Notes under the pieces: generated by a model
What the model saw: the letters and a program-made list of their open reading frames with translations, nothing else
The model's database searches: none
What the model was told of the DNA's origin: nothing
Position numbers and translations under genes: made by a program
In this document: positions 1 to 8,767 of the stretch, one piece after another
How the letters are laid out: every line of letters starts with the position of its first letter
How positions within the stretch are numbered: position 1 is the stretch's first letter
Source of the DNA: an uncultured Verrucomicrobiae bacterium
GTDB lineage: Bacteria > Verrucomicrobiota > Verrucomicrobiia > Limisphaerales > Palsa-1400
DNA: 64,000 bases
Assembly: GCA_963702845.1 (NCBI GenBank)
Contig: OY969763.1
Span: 704,001-768,000, forward strand
Direction: 5' to 3'

Positions 1-142
1 ATAACCGCGACAAAACGTGAATTCATTTGCGGAGAATGAAACCCAGTCCCCCAAATTGCAACGCAGGTTTCCGCACCATTGATTAGTCGTGCGCGTGACC
101 GTCTTCACCTCAGGTTCTCTGTGATCTTTGCGATCTTTGCGG

Positions 143-412
143 TTAAATAGGTTTTGTTTGTGCTTCTTTGCTGTCGCTCGTGGGTAAATCAATCACTTTC
201 ACCCCATCGCGAATCTCCGACACTTCTCGCGCCGTCATCAACACTGCATTCTTAATCAGCCGACAAAACTCCTTCTTCGTAGCGCGATGATGCCCGCCTT
301 CCTTCGTCGTAAGATTCTCGATCAGCTTGTAATCGACTGACAACCGATCGAGCTTTGCGATTCGAAAGTAAGTGTCGCCGCGTTTCCAAGTCTGGCCCTG
401 GCACAATTTCAT
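143..412 (-). CDS. small hypothetical protein
   Basis: ORF from ATG at 412 (MKLCQGQTWKRGDTYFRI...KKEFCRLIKNA) to TAA at 143; natural composition; no family recognised. Confidence 0.65.
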   Translation of the reverse strand: MKLCQGQTWKRGDTYFRIAKLDRLSVDYKLIENLTTKEGGHHRATKKEFCRLIKNAVLMTAREVSEIRDGVKVIDLPTSDSKEAQTKPI

Positions 413-480
413 TTTCAGAAACTTAGTTCTCAAACTGCGCCAATGCGAGAGCATTGTCGTCGACGCTCATCTTCATAACC

Positions 481-546
481 AATCCCAACGGGATTGCGGC
501 CTTCAGCCCGGGGTTGAGAAGGGCAGCGGGGCTCTACCCCGCGTAA
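481..546 (+). repeat. 66-nt REP-like palindromic element, copy 1
   Basis: AATCCCAACGGGATT hairpin, then CAGCCCGGGGTTG...AGGGCAGCGGGG...CTACCCCGCGTAA; homologous to 34757-34822 (+) and 38420-38485 (-). Confidence 0.8.
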
Positions 547-646
547 CGTCCACAATATAAAAGAACCCCGAAGGTGGTTCTGGCGATGTTCACTAACGCT
601 CCTTGCGTATTGCCTACCGACGCCATCGCGACCTGCGCCCTGAACA

Positions 647-1132
647 TTAATCCCGAAAATTTTGGAAATTTAAAGAGACCGGAAATTCATGCGCGCGCAC
701 GGCCGCAATCACCGCCTGAAGATCATCTCTGCTCTTACCCTGCACTCGAACGGCATCGCCTTGTATTTGCGTCGTCACCTTCAACTTGGAGTCGCGAATA
801 AACGAGGTAATTTCCTTAGCCGCCGCCTGTTCGATCCCTTGTTTAATTTTGATGACCTGGCGCGCATGCCCCAACGGCGAAATGTCCGGCTCCTGAATAT
901 CGACGCTCTTCAAACTGATCTGACGTTTGGCCAGCTTGTTGACGACGATTTCGCGCAGAGCGTTGATTTTAAATTGGTCGGTCGCGGACAATTTGATTTC
1001 GTTCTTTTCGAGTTTGATTTCGGCGTTACTGCCCTTGAAATCGAACCGGTTGGCCAGCTCTTTGTTCGCGGTGTTGACCGCGTTTTCAATTTCCATCGAG
1101 CTAACTTCAGAAACAATATCGAATGAAGGCAT
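647..1132 (-). CDS. yajQ: YajQ family nucleotide/c-di-GMP-binding protein
   Basis: MPSFDIVS...NRFDFKGS...QIQGDAVRVQGKSRDDLQ...LNFQNFRD, 161 aa. Confidence 0.95.
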   Translation of the reverse strand: MPSFDIVSEVSSMEIENAVNTANKELANRFDFKGSNAEIKLEKNEIKLSATDQFKINALREIVVNKLAKRQISLKSVDIQEPDISPLGHARQVIKIKQGIEQAAAKEITSFIRDSKLKVTTQIQGDAVRVQGKSRDDLQAVIAAVRAHEFPVSLNFQNFRD

Positions 1133-1175
1133 GGTCGAAATCTACCGAATGCAGTGCGGAACTCAAGGTTCGGAA

Positions 1176-1280
1176 AAACTCCAAAATCCAAAATTCAATG
1201 AAGTTCGCAAATGCCAGCCTTCCCATTGAAGTTTGAATGTTGGAGTTTCTCTGAAGTTTGGAATTTGATGTTTGAAGTTT
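1176..1280. repeat. inverted arrays of degenerate heptamers (AAAYTYC / GRARTTT)
   Basis: left arm aaactcc-aaaatcc-aaaattc; right arm ...gaagttt-ggaattt-gatgttt-gaagttt; intergenic between the MFS gene and yajQ. Confidence 0.65.
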
Positions 1281-2523
1281 AAATCACCGGTTTTCGCCGC
1301 GCCGGTGGCCGCAGCCAAAAGATAATAGCCAGCCCGACGAGCAGCAGTCCCACCACCGACCACGCACCTCCCGACGGATGTTGCGGCAACAACCAAATCG
1401 CCAGCGCCGCAATCGCCGGTCCACCACCATTACCCGCACCAATTGCTGCTTCATGAATGCCGCTATGTTCCCCCTTAGTTTCGCCAACGTCCATAGAGTA
1501 GAACAGCGAAGAATAATAAATCAGTCCGTGGGCGAGGCCAAAGACAACCTGAGCCCCGATCAACACCCAAAGATTCGGCACAAGCAGGATCACTGCAAAC
1601 GCGGCAATCATTGCAACGTAAGCGGCGACGAGAAGATGAAATTTGTAATGCCAACTCGGCCAGAACCGCAACACCACAAACGAGCCTGCGCGTACAAACA
1701 TCCATATCGAACCCGCGAACCCGGCGATCATTGGCGAAAGTTGCATTTTGTGCGCCAGCGTCGGAATGATGGCGATGACTGTGTTGCAACCCAGGTAGGC
1801 GAACGGATTGGCGACCCAGGCGATTTTCAAAAACGCCCCGGCATCGGTGTGTTTTTCGCCAATTGTTGCCTGTTCGCTCACTGAGTTGGACGCGGGCAGG
1901 ACAGAAGCGCTGGTATCTTTGAGGTCCCTTTCAATAAACAGGGCGAGGACATATTCGACAACGAGCAACGCAGCAGGGACCAGATAAAGGCTGCGAATGC
2001 CTAAGTGTTCTATCATCGCGCCGCCCGTGAAATACGCCAACGCGCCGGCGCCGGCCCAGGTGAAATTATAAATTCCCACCATCGACTGCATGCGATGGCG
2101 CGGTTCTCCTTCGCTCACCATCGCTTCCAACGCGGGCCAGGTGAAGCTTAGACCAAAATTGGCCACAAAAAGAATCAGCAGCCACAACCACAAATTCCCA
2201 ACGAACGCTCCAACCGCAAAACTTACGGTCAGAATCGCAACGCCAACCCGCACCGAATAAAAATAACCGTGCCGCTGCGCAAAACGTCCCCCGTAAATCG
2301 CCGCACCCACATAGGATAGTCCCAGTGCCGCCGCCAATAGAAGGTTCTGCAGAGTTTTGAACCCGAATTGTTTCTCTGCGAGGAAGTAGATGTAGTAAAA
2401 GAAATAGGTTGTCGCCAGCGAGTTAATCGCCTCAAGCGCAAAAGCCCCGCCCTTGAGCCTCCTCGTATGCAGGCGGACATGGGCCGGCTGTGTTGCCACT
2501 GTTGTAGAACTAGAACTACTCAT
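1279..2523 (-). CDS. MFS transporter
   Basis: about 12 hydrophobic segments and a GGRFAQRHG loop motif; ATG at 2523 chosen as start. Confidence 0.85.
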   Translation of the reverse strand: MSSSSSTTVATQPAHVRLHTRRLKGGAFALEAINSLATTYFFYYIYFLAEKQFGFKTLQNLLLAAALGLSYVGAAIYGGRFAQRHGYFYSVRVGVAILTVSFAVGAFVGNLWLWLLILFVANFGLSFTWPALEAMVSEGEPRHRMQSMVGIYNFTWAGAGALAYFTGGAMIEHLGIRSLYLVPAALLVVEYVLALFIERDLKDTSASVLPASNSVSEQATIGEKHTDAGAFLKIAWVANPFAYLGCNTVIAIIPTLAHKMQLSPMIAGFAGSIWMFVRAGSFVVLRFWPSWHYKFHLLVAAYVAMIAAFAVILLVPNLWVLIGAQVVFGLAHGLIYYSSLFYSMDVGETKGEHSGIHEAAIGAGNGGGPAIAALAIWLLPQHPSGGAWSVVGLLLVGLAIIFWLRPPARRKPVI

Positions 2524-2576
2524 CGAATTTCGAGCCGGTGATACTACGAAACGTGCCGCCAATTACAACGTTTCCC

Positions 2577-2606
2577 CGGAGTGCGGGCGTCCGCGCCCGT
2601 AGCAAC
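2577..2606 (+). repeat. short REP-like palindrome, family 2, copy 1
   Basis: CGGAGTGCGGGCGTCCGCGCCCGTAGCAAC; homologue on the - strand at 45713-45742 (CGGATTACGGACGTCCACGCCCGCAGCAAC). Confidence 0.65.
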
Positions 2607-2679
2607 GGCGCCTACAAATCCCGCTTAGATCGTTCCCGACCGTCGAACCCACAGCGCTTCTCCCTATCGTCACTGCTTC

Positions 2680-2711
2680 ACAGTTGACAAGTAGCAACTG
2701 TACGTTAGCCT
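2680..2711 (+). promoter_or_regulatory. sigma70-type promoter overlapped by an operator-like palindrome
   Basis: TTGACA (2684-2689), 16 nt, TAGCCT (2706-2711); ACAGTTG-N8-CAACTGT inverted repeat at 2680-2701. Confidence 0.55.
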
Positions 2712-3147
2712 TCCTTTCAGGTTGCGGAGCCTCAAGTGCCGCTTGTTCTTTGAAATAGAATCGTCAGACAATTTGGGCGCGAAAACCCTCATATTTTCTG
2801 AACTATAATGCGCGTAAAAGTGCTGCAATGTATCGATTCAAAAACTTGACCGTTTCTTGACCATTCCTTGACCGAAAAACGAAGCTCAAAACGGCTGGCA
2901 TGCTGATAATCAAGCACTTGCGGTAAACCGCTGAAAACGCCGGTCGGTTTTGCGTAACAGATGCAGTTTTGGCTAAAAATTCGCCGATTCGCGGTAGTTC
3001 GCGCTAATTCGCACATGATCGCAGTGAAATGTTTTGATAGTCGCCTGCCCCATCAACTTCGCGCTTGCCGAAATCCAATAGCCGCGCAATGTTCTCGCGT
3101 GTTCAGCGCCGTGGTTTCGTTTTAGGGAAGCGCGACATCCTTTTAAA

Positions 3148-4612
3148 ATGGAGCACTATCCGAAACATTATTGCGGTGTATTTGGCGTTTACGGTCATCC
3201 AGAACGCCGCCGAACTTACGTATTACGGCCTCTACGCCTTGCAGCATCGCGGCCAGGAAAGCGCGGGCATCGTGACGAGCGACAATGGAGAGTTCCGCGA
3301 GCACAAGCGCATGGGCTTGGTGTCGCAGATTTTTAATGGCGATGTGCTGCGCGCCTTGAAAGGGCCGATGGCAGTCGGTCACGTCCGCTATTCCACGACC
3401 GGTTCGTCACATTTGCGCAATGCGCAACCGCTGACCGGTGTGATTGCAAGCGCGGCCAGATCGCGATCGCGCACAACGGTAATTTGACCAATGCGGCGCA
3501 ACTTCGCGAAGAACTCGAAGAGACCGGCGCAATTTTTCAAACCACGGTCGACAGCGAAATCATCTTACATTTGCTGGCCCAACCGTGCCTCGACGGTGCG
3601 TGAAAACAACCTGATTCAAACTGTGCGCCGGATCGAAGGCGCCTATTCGCTGGTGATCATGACCGAGCACGAGTTGATTGGCGTGCGTGATCCGCATGGC
3701 TTCCGGCCGCTGTGTTTGGGGAAGGTCGGCGATGCTTTGGTGCTCGCCAGCGAAACGTGCGCGTTTGATTTGATTTCGGCGAAGTACGTTCGCGACATCG
3801 AACCCGGTGAAATTGTTATCATCGATAAAAACGGGTTGCGGAGTATCCAGGCATTTCCCGAGCAGACGCAGCGCGCGTTTTGCATTTTTGAATACGTTTA
3901 TTTTGCGCGACCCGATAGCACGATTGCCAATCGCAACGTCTATAAGGTGCGCGTCGATATGGGACGCGAGTTGGCACGCGAGCATCCGATCGACGCAGAT
4001 ATCGTCATTCCGGTGCCCGATAGCGGCAACTGCGCGGCCTTGGGGTATTCGTTGGAATCAGGAATTCCCTTCGAGATGGCGTTTGTGCGCAATCACTACG
4101 TCGGACGCAGTTTCTTGCAGCCATCGCAACTGATTCGCGACTTCGATGTGCGCGTGAAGTTGAACTTGATCAATGAGCTTGTGCGCGGAAAACGCGTCAT
4201 CGTTGTCGACGATTCGATTGTGCGCGGAACCACGTGCAAAGCGCGCGTGAATAATTTGAAAGAAGCGGGCGCGAAAGAAGTGCACGTGTTGGTGAGCTGT
4301 CCGCCGCACATGAACCCGTGTGTTTACGGAATTGATTTTCCTGATCGAAGCAAATTGATGGCGGCGAATCATTCCTTGGACGAGATTCGCGCCTATCTCA
4401 ATGCGGATTCGCTCTCGTATCTGTCGCAGGACGGAATGGTGCGGGCGACAGGTCTTCCGCGGCATTATTTTTGCATGGCGTGTTACGACGGCAAATATCC
4501 TGTGGCGTATGATCCTTCCATCGATAAGCAAGTGATGGAGCGGCGTCGATCGAGGACAGAGGGATTGGGTTACGGCATCAACAAAGAACAGATGCAGTCG
4601 AAGTTGCTGTAA
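3148..4612 (+). CDS. purF: amidophosphoribosyltransferase (3 apparent frameshifts at ~3201, ~3440, ~3598; probably sequencing errors)
   Basis: propeptide + [56 protein letters not shown] spread over shifted frames. Confidence 0.93.
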
Positions 4613-4732
4613 GCATTCAGCGTCTGGGTCCGCTTCAGTTCTGGGTCGTTAGTGTTTCCCTGCATTCCGAAAGCAGTGGTGTGCCTCCCTTGAGTACCGT
4701 TGGTTGTGGAGTACTTTGGCGGCGGGAGGGTT

Positions 4733-5875
4733 ATGAAAACAGTTTTACTTTTTGCCGCTGCGGCCATGCTGCTCGTTGGATGTGAGAGTCCCTACGAAAC
4801 AAACGGAGTGGGTAGTTACGGGTATACCTACGATTTAAACCTGCCGCATATGTCGGGTTCGCCCGCGGCGCTCCAAGCCTTAAATGAAACGCCCGGGACA
4901 CCTGTTGTGGCAGGCTCTCCAACGCTTGGTCCGTTGCCTCCAGGGCCGGCCGCCCAAAGTGTCACGTTCTATGAAGGTGCGCAGGCGCCGCAAACAGCAG
5001 TCGCCGCCACGACGCCGACATGGACAGTCCCCGCGCCAGTGACGTCGGTTCCGGGAGCGGTTCCCGGCGTGGTGACGGGTGTCCAAGGTGTGCCCGTGAA
5101 CGAAGCAGCTGGAGCGGCGGCAGGCGAAGTCGCGCCACAGACAGCAGCGCCCGTCGGCGGCGGATTCTTTGGTGATGGCGGGGTTACAATCGTCGGCTCG
5201 AACGGTTTGCCGACAAGCCAGACCGTTTTTCCAACCAACATCACGATCTCTAATATTATCGTCACGAACTTGACGAACACCGGTGGCAACACGAATGGTG
5301 CACCCATGACCAACGCCGTCGGGGCCATCACAAATGCAAACGGTTCCACCGTAATCACTAACTTCACCGGTGGGCCGAGTAACTTTGCTTTGACGAATGG
5401 AACAAGTTTCACGCCAGTGCCCGGGGCGACGAATAATTTGAACAACCTGCCGCGCGCAAACGCTACGGCACCTGGTGCTCCGTCAGGAACTACTTTAGTG
5501 CCGGCCCGCCCGTTAGGCCAGCCTCCCACGCCATTTCAGTCTCAGGTTATATCTGGAACAACTACGACGCCAAATACGCCAACTCAGCCAGGGCCAACGA
5601 CCACTGAAGCAGCTGGCGCCGCAACTGGGAATGCAACCGTGATAGGCGGTGGCCTTGGCGTGCAGCAAAATACGACGACGGGCACTGTGCAGCAAAACAC
5701 GGGGACGGCGGGAACCACAACGCAGGGGACAACAACCCAATCCAGCAGCGGCGCAACAACGACCACGCCGACTTCATCAGCCGCGCAACAACAGCAGCAG
5801 CGCATTTTATTGCAACATCAAGCGGCGCAGCGGCAAGCTGCTCCGGCTCCTGCTCCGGCAGCCGCGCCTAAATAA
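4733..5875 (+). CDS. low-complexity Thr/Gly/Ala/Pro-rich lipoprotein
   Basis: MKTVLLFAAAAMLLVGC lipobox; disordered body; poly-Q near the C-terminus. Confidence 0.8.
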   Translation: MKTVLLFAAAAMLLVGCESPYETNGVGSYGYTYDLNLPHMSGSPAALQALNETPGTPVVAGSPTLGPLPPGPAAQSVTFYEGAQAPQTAVAATTPTWTVPAPVTSVPGAVPGVVTGVQGVPVNEAAGAAAGEVAPQTAAPVGGGFFGDGGVTIVGSNGLPTSQTVFPTNITISNIIVTNLTNTGGNTNGAPMTNAVGAITNANGSTVITNFTGGPSNFALTNGTSFTPVPGATNNLNNLPRANATAPGAPSGTTLVPARPLGQPPTPFQSQVISGTTTTPNTPTQPGPTTTEAAGAATGNATVIGGGLGVQQNTTTGTVQQNTGTAGTTTQGTTTQSSSGATTTTPTSSAAQQQQQRILLQHQAAQRQAAPAPAPAAAPK

Positions 5876-5878
5876 TAG

Positions 5879-7237
5879 TTAGCCGACGCGCTCGATCAAT
5901 TGTAGCAAACCGCCTACGAGCGCGTCACCGGACGTGGCCACGAACGGACATTGGCCGGTGAACTTTGGGGATTGCAGGGCAGCATAGCCGCCGCGCTCAA
6001 TTTCGAATTCGTCGGGTAGGTAGCCGATCGAGCCATTAGAATAGCCGAGGACGAAGATATCTTTGGCTGAAGAGCGCTGGCGGAGGTCTAGGCCGAATTT
6101 CGTGAACAATTCGGACGGATGAGCGGCAAAATAGGAGTCTCCGATTCGCAGCACCTGCAGTTCCGCATTCACCGGTTTGGCTGTCTCGCCTTTAGTGAGC
6201 ATTTCGTCAGACCATTCGATGCCAAATCGCGCCAGCGCGGCAATGGCTTTGGATTCACTCCCGCCGTAACGCAACGGCAATCGATCCGGTTGACCGACAG
6301 CAGCGCGCGCGAAACCTTTTAGCCAATCCCTCGTATCGCCGGTGTTTTGGCGGTGCAGCGCCTCGTCGCGAATGGTCATCACTTCGCTACGAGTCCAAGG
6401 ACGCGTTGGCAAATCCACGTTGCTCGAGGCAGACGCAACGGTCGTGTCCTTTATAGGTTTAGCCGTGAGCCAGGCTTCGAACACAGCGGCTGTGATTTGT
6501 TTCGCCGGTTCGGATCGTAGCTCGGTGCTGGCGAATTTGCGGAACACGTTTACGTCTCCAGCAGTGCCCTGAACGTAGAGGGCGGTCGTGCCCGGGAATG
6601 CCTTCGCAAAACGATCGACGACTTCGCCCGGCCAATCGCGGCTGATGGCGCGCAGATCGACTTCCATGTGCGCGGTGCAATGCGAATGAAAATTGATCAC
6701 CGCGCTGATCGGTTCTTCCTTGGGCGATTCGATTCGCAAAACGCTGAGGCGGGTATCGACGGGACCACCTTCGCGCGTGCGGTTGAAAGTGAGGCCGGAG
6801 ATTTCGCTGTGGCCGGTGCTGATGCGCGCGGGTTTGCGATTGTTCCATGCTTCGACGATTGCGTCGGCAGCTTGTTTGGCGGCGAATTGGAGATACTCGG
6901 GATTTTGTTCACCTGCGCCACGGATGAAACCGGCAGTGGGCGCGTTGTGCGAATGAGAGCAGTTGACGCAAATGGATTCCGGAGCGAGGCCGGTTTGGGC
7001 GGCAGCCTGTTGCCGAATCGACGCGGTGAACGCTTCGTCGTTATACATCAGGTCCAACGCAACGATCGCGACGGATTTGTCATTCGAGCCAGTGATGACA
7101 AGAGCAGTCGCGTTAATGTCGTCGCGCACGCGCTCCCAATAGCGTTCGAGATAGTAGCCGAGCCCGGCGAGTTCGACCTTCGTGGTCGGCGTGATGACGC
7201 GACGCGCTATGCCAGCTTGGAAACCGGTGCTTTTCAC
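5879..7237 (-). CDS. neutral/alkaline ceramidase-like amidohydrolase
   Basis: AGIARRVITP, VNCSHSHNAP, NFHSHCT, QGTAGDVN, GYSNGSIGYLP motifs. Confidence 0.8.
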   Translation of the reverse strand: MKSTGFQAGIARRVITPTTKVELAGLGYYLERYWERVRDDINATALVITGSNDKSVAIVALDLMYNDEAFTASIRQQAAAQTGLAPESICVNCSHSHNAPTAGFIRGAGEQNPEYLQFAAKQAADAIVEAWNNRKPARISTGHSEISGLTFNRTREGGPVDTRLSVLRIESPKEEPISAVINFHSHCTAHMEVDLRAISRDWPGEVVDRFAKAFPGTTALYVQGTAGDVNVFRKFASTELRSEPAKQITAAVFEAWLTAKPIKDTTVASASSNVDLPTRPWTRSEVMTIRDEALHRQNTGDTRDWLKGFARAAVGQPDRLPLRYGGSESKAIAALARFGIEWSDEMLTKGETAKPVNAELQVLRIGDSYFAAHPSELFTKFGLDLRQRSSAKDIFVLGYSNGSIGYLPDEFEIERGGYAALQSPKFTGQCPFVATSGDALVGGLLQLIERVG

Positions 7238-7902
7238 TATTCGAAGAGCAATGTTCCAAAGCAGCGCGGCAAATGGAAATTAAATTCGTCCACCGGCGAC
7301 CATGACGCCCAATGTGGATGTGAGAGGTCTTCGGCGCATTTGAAAAAATTGCCGCGCCATTGCTGGCTCTTCAAATTGCCGAGCGGGCCGACGAACTTTT
7401 CTAGAACCGCGCGAGGAAGAAAAAAGCTCAATTCCCACGTGATTGGTTTTGTGATTTCGGGATCGACGACTTTTGGAAGGGAAGAGCGGATTTGGATTGT
7501 TGTGCCGAGTTCCCGTGGCACCTGGGTCCACTTTTTGAGTCCGTTGGCGTCGCGGGTTGGGTCTTCGATGTACCAGGTCAGATGAGAACCGCCTGCGTTC
7601 ATTTCTAAATTGAAGTAGCCTGCGTTAGCACGTGGCTGCACAAATAATTCGACGCAACTGTCTTTCCAAACTTCACTGCAATACTCGGTGCGAACGGAGC
7701 GGACGTATTGGTCGTCAACTTTGTAAATGCCGCAGATGCCGTCATCAGTATAAAGGAAGCGAGCGGACGTGCGCGGGCGATGGTCGCTGCTTTCGGGACG
7801 GAAGGTCTCAATTTCAACGATGTGAGCGGCACTCCACGCAGGATCGTTCCAGTTTTTGGCAAGCGGAGGTTCGGACGCGCAGCAGGCGATGCGATAGGTC
7901 AT
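7237..7902 (-). CDS. carbohydrate-binding family 9-like (DOMON-like) protein
   Basis: VWKDSCVELF, YFNLEMNAGG, WRGNFFKC, FHLPRCFGTLLF. Confidence 0.85.
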   Translation of the reverse strand: MTYRIACCASEPPLAKNWNDPAWSAAHIVEIETFRPESSDHRPRTSARFLYTDDGICGIYKVDDQYVRSVRTEYCSEVWKDSCVELFVQPRANAGYFNLEMNAGGSHLTWYIEDPTRDANGLKKWTQVPRELGTTIQIRSSLPKVVDPEITKPITWELSFFLPRAVLEKFVGPLGNLKSQQWRGNFFKCAEDLSHPHWASWSPVDEFNFHLPRCFGTLLFE

Positions 7903-8630
7903 GCGATTTTGCTATGATGGAAAAACAAGTAATACACGCCGGCAACGGCAATAAACGAAAAAACGACGCGGCGCATTTGTTTGGGCGAGATTTTTTCCAG
8001 GCACCAGTGGCCTCCAACAATTGCGCCATAGAGCGGGATTGCGAGCAGCACGCCGCGACCCCACGAGAATTGCTGGAAGTAACCGAATTTGCTGTAACAA
8101 ATCATGCGCAACACGCAGCTCACCGTGATCATGACCTGTAGAAACGCCATAATTTGGCCGCGCGTCCACGGGTTTGTGTAGGCGTAAGCGGCAGTCGGAA
8201 TGCCGCCAAGATTAAAAGCGCCGCTGAGGCCGCCGCTGAACAGTCCTAATGGAATCGTTAGCGGACGGGGAATCGGTTGTTGGCTTTGCTTCAGAAAAAA
8301 TTCACGTGCCGCGATCACGACCATCACACAACCGAGGATGTGCAGCAGGAGCGATTCGCTAGCGCTGTTTAGAAAGTAAACGCCGATCGGCACGCCGATG
8401 CAGACGCTTATGAGAAAGGTGAGGCCGAGGCGCCAGTTGTAATCTTTGGCGTGGCGAATGAAGGTGGTGACCGTGGCGAGGAGTGAGAAAACGGTCGAGA
8501 TCGCCGCTGCCTGTTTGATGTTCAGGAACAGTGGCATCAACGACATTGAAACCAGCCCAAAACCGAATCCCGTCAGCCCTTGGACGAACCCGGCGCACGC
8601 GAGTGTGCTTCCGAGCAATAACCAATTCAT
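7899..8630 (-). CDS. TauE/SafE (TSUP) family sulfur-compound transporter
   Basis: AGFVQGLTGFGFG and GLFSGGLSGAFNLGG repeated Gly motifs; hydrophobic 243 aa; ATGA overlap with the next gene. Confidence 0.88.
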   Translation of the reverse strand: MNWLLLGSTLACAGFVQGLTGFGFGLVSMSLMPLFLNIKQAAAISTVFSLLATVTTFIRHAKDYNWRLGLTFLISVCIGVPIGVYFLNSASESLLLHILGCVMVVIAAREFFLKQSQQPIPRPLTIPLGLFSGGLSGAFNLGGIPTAAYAYTNPWTRGQIMAFLQVMITVSCVLRMICYSKFGYFQQFSWGRGVLLAIPLYGAIVGGHWCLEKISPKQMRRVVFSFIAVAGVYYLFFHHSKIA

Positions 8631-8767
8631 TTCGCAGCGAATTCTCCACGAATGCGCGCCAAAAGCAAAGAGCCGTCTGCATGAGCAGCATCAAACTTTT
8701 ACACTCCCTTAACAAAACAGCTTTGCGTTTAAATAAATACTTAACAGTGCGGAATTAGCTTAGACAC

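Noticed and set aside
2789..2820. possible dif site (reverse strand ACGCGCATTATAGTTC...)
   Set aside because: Only a XerC-like half resembles dif; the XerD arm TTATGTTAAAT is absent
3060..3147. purine/ZTP/PRPP riboswitch before purF
   Set aside because: Only a weak possible stem; none of the conserved riboswitch sequence motifs recognised
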